Source: Mytilus californianus
Taxonomy: Eukaryota
Reading direction: 5' to 3'
Length of the DNA: 64,000 nt
NCBI RefSeq assembly: GCF_021869535.1
Contig: NW_026262734.1
Coordinates: 104,284,001 to 104,348,000, forward strand
A program made the position numbers and the translations under genes. The notes under the pieces are model-generated. The model was not told the DNA's origin. It made no database searches and was given only the letters and a program-made list of their open reading frames with translations. Positions 47,050 through 61,400 of this stretch are shown piece after piece; within the stretch, counting starts at the first letter, position 1, and every line of letters starts with the position of its first letter.

Positions 47050-48559
47050 CGTTTAACTAGAAAAAAAATTTCCATTTAAATGATTTGGTGATGTCGTCAG
47101 CTCAAAAACCGATATTTATGTATATACAGATTGCAGTTATATAATACAATCATCTAGTTGTTTAATTGATTCTTTATGGCTCTCATATTAGAATAAACGA
47201 ATATTTGAGACCGAATCATGATGTGTACATAATGAACATGAATAGGCTGTCTATCATTTTTGCAAGTTTACCAATTCAATTCAATATTTTATTTACGTCT
47301 CACCTTATGCATACAATTACCCAATACAATTATAAAAAGATACAGTTTTTATACATAAGCCAATCTGTACAGATTTATGAGAGACGATAACAACTAAAAC
47401 AACATGTATATACATTAATAAATATTAAACATGAATGATAAAAATATACAGCATAATTATTTATTTATTATTTATAATTTTACCAAATTTACTGTTGATC
47501 AATTGCTAAAAACAACTTTGAAAAGGAAATACTTTTTAGCAACAACAACAAAAAAGAATCAAAGTTATGGTTTACTTCAAAACACGGCACATTTAACTGT
47601 TCAGAGTTTGTTTTAAAATATTTTTTACTTTGTGACAGGTTCAGCTTTCTGTAATTTACTTTTAAAAGATTGTCCCATTTACTGAGCTTAAGCAATATGA
47701 ATTTTAATATGTATACACGTATGATATAAATGCCTATTTATTTCTCATGATTCTGATAACTTTGACTAAATTACTCTTCATATCTTTTACTTTAATGTAG
47801 CAACATGCTAACGTAGATATCTTACTAATTCGTCAAATGAAAATGTACTTTCGTTTTTGCTTGTGTGTCACTTGTTCTTCTACAATCTTTAATATACATC
47901 TTTTGAATGCTTCAATACTTAAATTGGTAATATAATAATCAGCTATTAATATGAAAAAATTACTACCGATTACATTTTTACAATAAAATCATAACAATAG
48001 ATCTTACCGAATGAATATTGTTCTACCTGTCAGACGTTTTAATAGTCACATGCTGAGTTGATAAGATATTTTGTATGGTAGCCTAACAAGGACATATGAT
48101 CGATATACCTATTGCAAATTAATACATGTAAAATTGAATACATTATGCATGTGATTATTTTGTTTGCTAGTACCAGTTATTTTTTCCTATCTGATTCGTA
48201 GATAGTATGAGTAGACAAATAACCCGATACGGTTACTTTTGTGTTTACTCGTTTTGACCATCGTTCTTTAATCTTTAATTGATCTTAACTAATTTTAGTC
48301 ACCCTGTTCTTGCAGTTCGAAGTTCATTTTTTATACAGCCAGGTTTTTATCTTTAATTTATGAAACTATTCAAACCTCTTTAGAAAGTATATTTCGTTCT
48401 AATGACTCTCAAAATAGCCGAGATAGATACTTACGGTAAAAAAAAATAATAAAAAAAGAGTTCCTTTATTATTTATGACCGCAACATCTATTATTCTAAT
48501 ACACAAAAATGCGTATGCTCCAAAACTTTTTTAAAGTTAAAATTGTATACCATAGTCTG

Positions 48560-49430
48560 TCGAAATCTGCCGATATCTGTATCTTTGCATTGCACAAGGT
48601 CATGTTTTACTCTGACTGTTAATGACATCTTTCCGCTAAATCCATTGGATGTGTACTGATTGATACTTTAGTCTTAGATGCATTTTTTTTATATTATTAG
48701 TTGTTATTGACTCTGGACTAGCTGTTAATAACTGTGAGTACTCTCAGATCTGTACTTAGTGTCTTTTTGATGTGGGGATGTTTAAGTACCCTGCCACGTC
48801 CACTCTGTGTTTTTTTTAAATGTCTTTCTGCTTTGTATTTATATGATGAGTTATGCCCTTCACTGGTTTTTATAGTTTTTTCTTATGTTGTACCGTTACA
48901 CAGCTATCCCAGGTTAGGGGAGGGTTGGCGCCTTCAAACTAGTTTAACTCCGCCACATTCTAAATGTGCCTGTCCCAAGTCAGGAGCCTGTAGTTGAGTG
49001 GTGGTTGTTGTTTGTTGCTGTTTATATATTTGTTTTCGTTTATTGTTTTGTATGGTGTTTTTTTGTGTTGTGCTGTTGTACCACTGTCCCAGGTTAGGGG
49101 GAGGGTTTGGCTCCATCTAACTAGCTTCACCCCATCCTGTATGTGCCTCTCCCAAGAGAGGAGCCTGCATTTCAGTGGTTGTCGTTTGTTGCTGTATATC
49201 ATATTTGTTTTTCGTTCATTATTTTGTTCATAAATCAGGCAGTTAGTTTTCTCGTTTGAATTGTTTTACATTTGTTTGTCATTTAAGGGCCTTCTATAGC
49301 TGACTATGTGGTATGAGTTTTACTCATTGTTGAAGCATGTACGGTGACCTATAATTGTTGATTTCTGTGTCATTTGGTCTCTTGTGGAGAGTTGTCTCAT
49401 TGGCAATCATACCACATCTTCTTATTTTTA
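48560..49430 (+). mobile_element. Penelope-like 3' fragment with an internal ~180-bp tandem duplication
   Basis: Same blocks as 9170-10190; the cccaggttaggggagggtt block occurs at ~48908 and ~49088. Confidence 0.6.
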
Positions 49431-49630
49431 TATCAATATGAATATGATGTCATTTTCTATAAATGACGATGTAAACCTCTCCAATGTACGTAAAAAACTC
49501 TTTATAACAAAATATAGTTATTGAAAAAAAGCAAGTGTATGTTTCTAAGAATTTATATCCAAGGTACAGTTACATAATTATGGAATATGCATATCTTTAA
49601 TGTGTTTTTACTTAGATAAAATTTAAGTTG

Positions 49631-49882
49631 TTATGTTAGGGAATTACGAATTTCACCTCTATATGAAATATTAAGTCAAAACAAGAAATGCTGACACAGC
49701 ACTACACTATGTTTCAAACTTATAGGCTACGTTTCACAGCGTTGATAGCATTTTGCTTATGTTAGGGAATTACAAATTCCACCTCTATATGAAATATTAA
49801 GTCAAAACAAGAAATGCTGACACAGCACTACACTATGTTTCAAACTTATAGGCTACGTATCACAGCGTTGATAGCATGTTGC
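49631..49882. repeat. 126-bp direct tandem duplication
   Basis: ttatgttagggaattac...gttgatagcat at 49631 and 49757. Confidence 0.9.
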
Positions 49883-52189
49883 GCTACTTAATAGAGCATT
49901 CAATACAAATTAAAACGTTATTGACATCTGGCCTTAGGGTCCTACAAATGGAGTACGATTATCGTACTCAAACTCAGAAATTAACCAATCAAAATACTGG
50001 ATTCGGTATTTCGAGCACATAATTTGTAGTCCGAGTACTGAGATAAGTTTAATTACTGAAGGGACTAGTGCCATACAGAAACCCATGCAATCCGTTGCTA
50101 TGTTCTGAATATAAAACTTCTAGTGAGGTGAAGATTTTCTTACGTGTTGATGGCTTCATCCTTACTTTAATTGGACTTTTTTTTTTAGTAGTGATTTTAC
50201 GTCATGAATTAAAGCACTATATATGCCCATTCTTTTCTATACTGAAGATGTTGTGTTTTTATAAAAGAGCAATATGTAAAGCCATATTCCTCTGTATCCT
50301 GTTTCAATTAAGAAAATATGTACAAAGTTGAATTAAAGACAGTAAATGGAGTAACACAACAGAGATAATTAGTCATGACCGACTTTTAAGTGAATTCTTC
50401 ATTGCTCATTGTTCAATGCCGTCCGGTGACATATACTTTCAAACTTCTACGTTATTTAGTCTCTGGTGGATAGTTGTCTCATTGGCAATCATATACCACA
50501 TTTTCTTATTTTATAGCTATATTGTTTTGTTGGTCATATTATCATTTATAATCATGTAATAAAATATCACCTTTTTCAACTATAAGACATTTCAGTGGAT
50601 GAAAGCAGGTATTTTTTTTATCTTTCCTCACATCACACTATAATAGCTAAATTCCGAAAGGCGAAGAGTTCCCTAAAACTGGGTGATGTCCACGAATAAT
50701 TTGTTTTAAATTGTGTTAAACATTGGTAGTTCCAGAAACCAAATCTTGTCCTTTCCTTGCTGATGAGAAATGTTATATTCACTATACTCATCAGAAACGT
50801 ATCATAGTTATTTATACCATTTCACTTACTGTGACAGTTGCCTCTGAAGACATATGTCTTGGGATGGGATTGAATGCACATCTATTTAATTTTTTTGTCT
50901 ATTTACCATGTCATTAAGGACCATTCATGTATGTACTTCTCGTCTAATTTCTTTCCCTTGAAATTGCAAATATGAAACTTTTGCAATAACGAGGAACAAA
51001 AAAAAATTTAGTAACTAGTACACAAAAACATTAAATTTCTCAAATTCTTATCGTTTGCATCTGTACAATTATTAAAAGTCAATTAATTATCGATACAAAA
51101 GTTATGTATCGATAAATCATAGATAAAGGTACAGCAACAGAAATGTGTCTCTCTTTTGCGAACAACACTTACATGTATCAGAGTTTGGTCAGTCGGACTG
51201 ATTTAACATTGTATCTAAGACCACGTTAATTTGGATTTGAAAATTTTCTAAATTAACGATTATATCTCGTTAATAATTGCACTTTATTTATAGACCTGAA
51301 AAGCGCTGTTCTAGAATGTGATAACCCTGGAAAGGGTTTTTTTACCGTATTTGTCAGAATATCAGTGTAAAGATGATGTATAACAAATCCTATAATGATA
51401 ACAACATACGATATTTTCTATGAACTCTATCTATACATTTAGATAAGACTTGATCGAACAAAAAGGACTTTTATTTTACCAAAATAAATGTAGCTTACAT
51501 TTCAATAAAAGAACGTTTTTACCGTTTGATCATTGATGAAAAATGGGCTAATAATTTTTTTTCTAAATTATCACCGTAGAATAATTGAATGATCAAAAGA
51601 AAGTATATACATAATTAAAATTCATTGAAATCATACAATAACAATTCTATCAACATGAAATGTCAACCTAGATTGATTATTGTTCAACGTCTTGCGGCAA
51701 ATAATGATACATGTATTCAGAAAAGGGAGATATGATTAATCATATACTTAGTACTTCGAAGTAAATACAAGTAGATTGTAGGTGTCATACGATCAACCAC
51801 CATCGTGCAGTATCAGATATCCGTGATGATATCGAAATTAGTCACGGTTGCAAATGTTTTATCAAACCCCTAGTCTGTATGACGTCTTGTCATCGATATC
51901 AGTCACGTGAAAAACTTTATTTTTAGGTTTATTGTCGACTATAAATGATATGGTATGGTTTTTCAATATACCGCACCGTATCAACCTTGAACTAATATAG
52001 TTCCTCGATCATGAAATCCCTTGAAATATGTCACAAGAGATTTTTTTGACTCCTGAAAAAAAAATTTCTAACCCCAAAACCTAACTAAACTTATAAATCA
52101 GTTGTTTTGTCTGGATGTGCAACATATCATGATACACAAGACCTAACCTAAGGTAACAACATAGATATATATTCAAATATTTTATTATT

Positions 52190-52458
52190 TCAGGGTTTAT
52201 GTCCTACTGGATATTCACAGAGCGCAGGCGAGTGAACTTTACAGCTTCTATGGTCCCAAAAGTACCCATTTTCTGGGTCACTTGATTCTGCCTTTCCTAT
52301 GCTAGCACAGTGTTCGCCATCAGGTTTTATGTGACTATGTGATCCAGGCCTCCAATGTGAGTACACATGTTTACCTAAAAGTTCACCAGTGCTCATCCAG
52401 TGCCACGGTCCGCTGAAACTTGACGAATTCCTATAAGCGTCAAGCCAATAACGATTCG
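52190..52458 (-). CDS. Gene A terminal exon: CTL part 3
   Basis: ORF 52190-52531; ttacag acceptor; 68/89 aa identical to the gene B terminal exon by hand count. Confidence 0.92.
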
Positions 52459-55400
52459 CTGTAATAAACCAAACAATTAAATGAAGGAATTCCGTGTGAA
52501 AATGAGAAAAAAAACTGGTATACGAACACAATTAAATTTCATGTTATAAAAAAAAATTATCAATATAATCAGAGGTGATGGATACTTATGTTTGAATTAT
52601 TATTGATTTTAATGTATAGTTGTTAGTTATGGCGAAAAATCAAGTAATTATATCATTGTATAATTAATTTATACATACTATTGGAAATGTTCAGTTTATT
52701 TGAATTATTTCAAATGTAAATTTTAATTTGATTTTTATTTCCTGAAACTGACTATTAGGCACATAAAAAAAGAGAGACGAAAAATGTCAAAGGTATTCAA
52801 ACTCATACGTCGAAGACAAACTGAAAAGGCCATGGAAAAAACAAACTACTAAAAAAAAACATAAAACCACGAAAAGACAAACAACAGTCTACAAAGTACA
52901 ACATAGAAAATCAAAGACTCAGAAACACGAGCCCAGACAAAATTGATAAACTATTGTCTTTATAAAAAAATGTTTGAGAAACAAAAGTTAAAGATAATTA
53001 AAACCAGGAATTCGATATATTGGTTAATAATTTTTCTGATGATTATTAGAAATGTATATTCAGTTTTTTTGTTTTATTAGGAAAAGATTAAAAGTATCAG
53101 ACGTTTGTTGTAAATAGTGTATGCAACTTTACTGCGAAGTTGAAATTTGGTTAGATTGTTGTAGTGAAGGAAACAAAAAACATTAAGATTTGGTAATTTC
53201 AGTGGATCATTGTTATTATTAATTTGTATATCAAATATAGTCAGTGCCAACTTTTTCACATGAAAGTTAGTCATCTCACTTTGCAAAGGAAAGGGTATTT
53301 AAAATTGACTCTTTCCCCCTATATCCAAGTCTATCTTGGTTGTTTATCAAACTGTTAATAAATCGGTTGGATGTGTACTGATTGATATTTTAGCCTGAGA
53401 GAAAATGACTTATTTATTAGTTGTTATGAAATTGGAAGCAGCTTTCAGAAACTGTGAGTTCTCTTAGATCGGTAATTTGTGTCTTTTGTTTTTATGTCAT
53501 AATTTTTTTTACCGTAAAGAAACACGCTTTACATCACCAAGTTCTACATATTTGTCTGTCCTAAGTCAGGAGCCTGTAATTCAGTGGTTTTCGATGGTTG
53601 CTGACTGTTATATTTGTTTTTTTTTTGTTTTTTTGTTTATCTGTTTATCATCAATTCGCCCTTTGGTTTTTTGTTTGAATTGTTTCATATTTTGCCATAT
53701 CTTGTATAGCTGAATACACTGTACTCATTGTTAGAGACCGTACGATGACTAATTGAAATTAAATCCATAACATTTGAATTCTGGTTGATAGTCTTATCAT
53801 TGGCAATCATACCACATCGCCGCATTTTTATAATTAGGCACCATTTATGGCCCCTTGACTTTATGAATTGTAAAGTATTACTAATCTACCAAATAATATC
53901 CTTTAGGTACTCATTAGATATTAGTCTGACCGTTACCAGTATTCAATGTTTAAAATTTTGTCTTATATATTAAAGTTAAGGCTTAACCCTCTTGCTGCTG
54001 CTAATTTTATATGGTTGCATTTCGTGTGCCAGAAAAAACGACACCTGGACGTCTATGACGTCACATGCCCACAAATGACGTAATTTGATATATATATAAC
54101 GTCACGCCCTAGTTTTTATTTGAAAGAGATACAGCAATGATTAAAAGCTTGCATAATTAAACAAATGGACATATATAGAATAACGACATTTTTGATTTTG
54201 ATATTAACTTTATCAGTCAGAATATCAAGCGAGCCCGCTATGGCTAGCTGATATTCGAGCTGATGAAGTCAGTATCAAAAAATAAAATGTCATTATTTTT
54301 TTTATCGGCAATTTGTGTTAACTGTATGTTTTTTGGGTGGAGAATATGAAGTAAAATGAAATAGTAAGTAAAACTACTTTTACGCGTACAAAACGTTGGG
54401 ATAGTTGTTCGGTTGAATGAATGAAGTAGTATACATGTGATGAATTGATGCGGATGGACTTGATCACGTGACGTTGCTGCACTGATAAATGACGTCATTG
54501 CCCAATATTTTCGAGTATCAAGTCCTGTCCATGATCTTAAAAAATATAAGGCAGTAGGATCAAAGGGAAAATGTACAAATTGCCGATAAATTTGTCTCCC
54601 CGGCACAGCTGGTGGCGTGAACACATTTGTCCCTCTGGCAGCAATAGGGTTTAAACTGCATAACTGCAAAACTGTCAAAATAGCTCTTATTTAAAATTTC
54701 GTCATTAATATTTAGATATGAGTCATGGCATTACCGCCAAAAAGATATATTGTTATAAAATGTTAATGTGTGTAAAATATCTATTGTCTACCAATACTAT
54801 GTTATAAATTGCCACTGTAGTCCAGAGTGTCAGTTTCAACATGCTTATGACGTCATTTTGACATCACAAGAGACCCTTTCTGTAAGTTTTACCATTTTTG
54901 TAAATTAACGGCTCTTTTCATTCACCCTCTTTTTCCGAAAAAAAAAACCGGCTTTATTTCCTATGCATCAAGACAGATGATAAAAAACACAACAAGACTG
55001 GAAATGATATAAATAACAAAAGAGTAAAATGTTCATTATTCTTTATGTTAAGTTAAGTTAAATAATCATTGTAACGTGTAATCTTTATCAGTTTGTGTTA
55101 AGTAATGCATGGCAAATGTGCTAGCTCTGGCTGAACATGCCAAAATTCCCAATCTATATACTTCCTTTTATTGTTTTATGTTTAACTAAGTTAAACTCTT
55201 ATCCTACATTTGCTTTTATTACTTTGGCTACATGTGGTAATCAGCGCATAGTTGATCAATTTGCTACACATGTATATAATGTATAATGTATTACCCGTAT
55301 GTGGTTGCTGGTGCTGGTTTAGGAGCTGGGTTATCATAAGATTTTCATTTTGGCTACTAATTATGGCTAGTCTGCTACACAATCCTAAACACTCTTTCTG

Positions 55401-58400
55401 TACAAAAAGATGAGAAACGGAAAGATTATTCTATAAACAGAAAAGAAGACATAGCGTTCTGTCACACGAGTACTTTTGCCATATAAATGTTACTAACCAT
55501 GAATGACATTCAAGGATCTAATATATAAAGGGGGTACATGTAAATCTAACAGATTCTGACTCGGTGTAATATTTGAGATATGGCGAGAGTTCAAATTCTA
55601 AAGCCACTAACACAAGGCTCTGTATTATACGTATCGAGATGGAAAACCACAAAACATTTCCAGTATTTCAGTTTTATTATTCTTATTAGACGATTGCATT
55701 GTAATTGGAACCATTTAATCCTCGGCTTCGTTTACATTTTGCTTTACTCTTACAAATGAAGCAATAGGTAAACTAACTAAGTAAAATTCACACAAGGTCT
55801 ATAACAAAAAAAAAGAATAAACAGGCGAAATCCCGGACTTTTCAAGTAAGCTTCCACTATAAAGATAATTTTACCATTTATGTTTCATAACAAGTTTAAA
55901 TATAATCTAACTAAATTTCTGAACCTAAATCCAAAAGACTGCTTCACACCTAGATTCACTGTTATCAAGAGACACGTAAGGACTTAAACGCACAAAATTA
56001 AGTTCCTGACGAATGTGATGATCTTTTTGTCTTCAAAACAGTAGCAGAAGACCTGAGTCACATATGTATTGCGAATATATATAACGGTGACTTTGTTTTT
56101 CAAGACTTTTCACCGATTTTAGTGACTTTATTTGAGAGAACGCAATGATTGACACACAAACTGCTCAGTCAAGCTTATCTGCTTAGGCAGGGCTATCTAC
56201 TCATTCAAGGTTATCTCCTCGGTCAAAGTTTTCTCCTTCGTAAATATTATCTGCTGAGTCAATAATATATTCTCATTCAAGCTTATCTGCTAAGTCAATG
56301 GTATCTGCTCATTGAAGCTTATCTGCTAGGGGTAAATGTTAGCTGCTCATTCCAGCTTATTTGCTCAGTACATGTTATCTGCTCAGTAAATGTTATCTGT
56401 GCAGTCAATGTTTTCTGCTCAGTAAATGTTATCTGCCCAGTTAATGTTATTTGCTCAGTAAATGTTATCTGCTCATTGAGTTTATCTGCTCAGTCAATGT
56501 TATCTACTCCTTCAAGGTAATGTGCTCATTCAAGTTTATCTGCTCATGCAAGCTTATCTGCTCAGTCAATGGAATATGATCATTCAAGCTTATCTGCTCA
56601 GCCAATGGTATCTGCTCAGTCAATGTTATTTGCTCAATCAATGTTATCTACTTCTTCAAGGTAATGTGGTCATTCAAGTTTATCTGCTCATGCAAGCCTA
56701 TCTGCTCAGTCAATGGAATCTGATCATTCAAGCTTATTTGCTCAGTCAATGTTATCTACTCAGTGAATGTTATCTACTCAGTAAACGGTATTTGTTCATT
56801 AAAGCTTATCTTCTCAGTCAATTTTATCTGCTCATTCCAGCTTATCTGCTCATTCCAGCTTATCTGCTCAGTCAATGTTATCTGCTCAGTCAATGTTAGC
56901 TGATCAGTCAATGTTTTCTGCTCAGTAAATGTTATCTGCCCAGTTAATGTTATTTGCTCAGTAAATGTTATCTGCTCATTGAGTTTATCTGCTCAGTCAA
57001 TGTTATCTACTCCTTCAAGGCAATGTGCTCATTCAAGTTTATCTGCTCATGCAAGCTTATCTGCTCAGTCAATGGAATATGATCATTCAAGCTTATCTGC
57101 TCAGCCAATGGTATCTGCTCAGTCAATGTTATTTGCTCAATCAATGTTATCTACTTCTTCAAGGTAATGTGGTCATTCAAGTTTATCTGCTCATGCAAGC
57201 CTATCTGCTCAGTCAATGGAATCTGATCATTCAAGCTTATTTGCTCAGTCAATGTTATCTACTCAGTGAATGTTATCTACTCAGTAAACGGTATTTGTTC
57301 ATTAAAGCTTATCTTCTCAGTCAATTTTATCTGCTCATTCAAGCTTGTCTGCTCATTCAAGCTTGTCTGCTCATTCAAGCTTATCTGCCCAGTCAATGTT
57401 GTCTGATCAGTCAATGGTATTTGATCATCCAAGCTTATTTGATCAGTCAAACTTATCTACTCAGTCAATGTTATCTACTCAGTAAATGGTATCTGTTCAT
57501 TCAAGCTTATCTGCTAAGTCAATGTTATCTACTCAGTCAAGGTAATCTGCTTATGCAAGCTTATCTGCTTAGTCAATGGTATCTGATCATTCAAGCTTAT
57601 TTGCTCAGTCAAAATTATCTACTCAGTCAATGTTATCTACTCAGTAAATGGTATCTGCTCATTCAAGCTTATCTTCTCAGTCAATGTTATCTGCTCATTC
57701 AAGCTTATCTGCTCATTCAAGCTTATCTCCTCAGTCAATGTTATCTATTCATTCGATGTAGTTATCTGCTCAGTTAATGGTATATGCTCAGTAAATGGTA
57801 TCTGTTCAGTAAATGATATCTGCTCAGTCAATGCTATCTACTCAGTCAAGGTTATCTGCTCATTCAAGCTTATCTGCTTTTTCTAGCTTATCTGCTTATT
57901 CAAGCTTATCTGCTCATTCAAGCTTATCTACTCAGTCAAGGTAATCTGCTCATTCAAGCTTATCTGCTTATTCAAGCTTATCTCCTCAGTCAATTGTATC
58001 TGCTCATTCAAGCTTATCTGCTCATTCAAGCTTATCTCCTCAGTCAATGTTATTTACTCATTCAATGTAGTTATCTGCTCAGTCAATGGTATATGCTCAG
58101 TAAATGGTATTTGTTCAGTAAATGATATCTGCTCAGTCAATATTATCTACTCAGTCAATGGTATCTACTCAGTCAACGTTATCTACTCAGTCAATGTAGT
58201 TATCTGCTCAGTAAATGATATCTGCTCAGTCAATGTTATCTACTCAGTCATGGTTATCTGCTCATTCAAGCTTATCTGCTCATTCAAGCTTTTTTGCTCA
58301 GTAAATGTTATCTGTTTATTCAAGCTTATCCGCTCAGTAAATGTTATCTGCTCATTCAAGCTCAGTCAATGTTATATTAAATTTATATTTAATCCATAAC

Positions 58401-61400
58401 TACAAATGTTAAACAATTAATAATTGCTCTTTCTTCATAGACATGGAAAGGTACTATAATAAATTCACTGTCTTCTTACATGGACAGTTTTTTAATCGTA
58501 TTTGTAAGATCTGAATATCAACATAAAGATGATACTTAAGGATGTTCGCTCCTCTTGTTTTTGAATTTTTGCCAGATATTCGGAATCCTCTGGTTTAATC
58601 CATGTACTGCCATTAAAAAAAATTCCCCGCTAACCCCTACTTTTCTTTTCATAATTTTATTACATATAGTTTAAAAAGCCATATTTAAAAATGCTATAAA
58701 ATCCTTGTTATTTTTTTCATAATTTTTTAAAGAAAAAGGGTGCCAATGTTAAATGTATGAAAAGTCTAGAGAGAATTATTTCCCGCCAAATTTTCAATGG
58801 TTTATATATCGAAAACAGGCACACGGACCCTTCATTTTTTTCTGCTTTTTTAGTTCCTTTATTTATATACTATCAATTTACAACAGTCTTTTAAAAAGCT
58901 TGTTATTTTGAAACAGAGTAGCGAACATCCTTAACAAATGTTCTACTGTCGAGTTAGAAGTTCTCAATATTTCATAACAGTTTTTAGTGATGCATTCGAT
59001 TATTAGATATGTAGTCCAGATTCACATTAAAAAAAAATATGTAGTGTTTTTGTCGAAATAAGTCAGTTTCAATAGAATAACATTTTGCTCGTTCGATCAT
59101 AGATGAAGCAACTGACAAATTTAAACAATCACTATTAATTAAAATTTAAAAAAGTGCAAATTACATCCACTTCATATTTTACATGTCACATTATAACACA
59201 TTATATGTTTTACTTTGGTGGATAGATATCTCATTGGCAATCATACCACATCTCCTTATTTTTATAATGTTGAACAAAAAGTAATGCGAGGTAAACGTTT
59301 AAAAAATATTAACCCAACAACACACAAAAATTAAAAAAAACCAATAGGGGTCAACATATTGTCATTCACAAGAGCCAGTGTCAACACTGATTATATTATG
59401 TTAATGTTAATACGAAAATACTCTAATCAATAGTTTTAGTTATCGATTGTTTATAATTTTCTGTGAATGCTTAATGATTTAGCAAGTAGGATGGTGGATG
59501 GATGTATTGGTGTTAAGCGTTCATGGGCACATATCACATGCATACCAGGCCGACAGCATGTTAAAATGATATACATATGGACCCTGCTTTTTATGAAACA
59601 TACAAACTGGGAAGGAGGTAACAGTACACAAGAAGACATGGCATGTTGTAAAGACACCGTGATTATTCAGACTCCGAGCTTACTAGTCATAAGTTTGGTC
59701 TTATTCGTATCCGCTATATCCTGTTGAAATGTGCCTCAGGTGGAAAACAGTTTGTACCGTTAATTTGTTAGTTAAAAAGCAGCAAACAAAAATTTGCAGA
59801 TCCTTGGTCTAACCCATTGTGAGTCGAACCCTTGACCAACCGCATCCGAGAGCGAGCAAAAACCATCTAAACAATGGAGGCGGTACAAACTGAGAATCAT
59901 ACACTGTTATACTTTGTATGATAGAATTGCAATGAGCGAATTAATTATTTCTCGATACACGTAGAATGAACGAAAGTACGAGTAAACTGTGCGTCTCAAT
60001 TGATCGACATCCTTAGGTTTCGCCAATGATATTATGTCTGTATTGTGAAGATATTCCTTAACGTACCTTGTGACACTATAGTTATATGTTGTGTAATAAA
60101 ATGAAATAGTTAAGATGATAAAAGTTTCATTTCATCACTTTTTTAACCGCTTTTGCTGCTTCATAATCAGATATTCAGTTTTAATGAGGACAATTTAATT
60201 TATTCATTTATTTATCTATGAATGCTTTATATTTAAAAATAATGAGATGTGGTATGATTGCCAATGAGACACATCTCCACCAGAGACCAAATGACATGTA
60301 AGTTAACAACTATAGGTCAATGTACGGCCTTCAACAATGATTAAAACACATAGTGCATAGTCATAACACATATATAATAAGGAGATGTGGTATGTTTGCC
60401 AATAGACAGCTATTCAGAGACCCAAAGCAGCCGAATCAATACGATTGTTTCCGATTGCTATTAAAAGCAGTTGTATTTGCTATCGCGTACAGGAGAATTT
60501 TGTTTGCGTTTCCGCTTGCTATGGCTATACAATGGATTCCATAATCATGTGCAGTAAGTTTTGATAAGATTGCCCTATAATTGCATCTGTCGTACCGATA
60601 GCCAGTCATAGATTGATGTAAATATTCAGCAAACATGACAAATAAATGATTACATATGTATGTTTCATAAGAATCAGTTCTTGCATTGGCTGGCAATAAT
60701 CGAGAGGCATTCCAAATTTAGACTTTATTTCCCAATAAAATGCAGCATTCCTTACACACCACGTGCTTCCCGTGACAACGTCACAAAACGTTATTTCATG
60801 GTATAAGAACTGAATACTTCTTTTAGTAATTTTAAAGGGTTGTTAAAGCGTTGATCGTGCGCGCCATTTTCATACAAATTGTGCTTCGGTCAACGTTTTT
60901 TTAAACACCAAAATAAACAAATCAAAAAGAGGTATTCCTAAACAATTTTTTAACTTATGATATAGAAGAAATTCATACACTTGCATCTTCCGCGCTTTAT
61001 ACAAAATGCTTTTACATCCCAATAAAATTACAGAAAGAAGCATTGAATTCTCAAAAAACCTTTGAACTTGTGATATAGATAAAACACATACACTTGCATC
61101 TTCCATTGTTCTTCCGTGACGACCAAAATAGTAACAGCTTTCTCCTATACGTGTAAATTGGTACGGACAGGTGTATTCAAGGTTAGGTGTACAGTCTAAA
61201 AAATAAAAAGAATGAAGAGATTCAGAGTCAGCATATACATGTATAATGATCATTATAACATATATATAAATAATAAATTAATAGTATACACGTCAATAAG
61301 ACAGCAGCCTAACAGAAAGTGTTCTTGAGGGCAATATACAGTAAAATAAGACAGGCGTCTAAACAACATGACAAGTCCTAAATCGTCCCTACTAATTGAA

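Noticed and set aside
56522-57777. L/Q/Y-rich ORFs
   Set aside because: Products of the 18-bp minisatellite; intronic.
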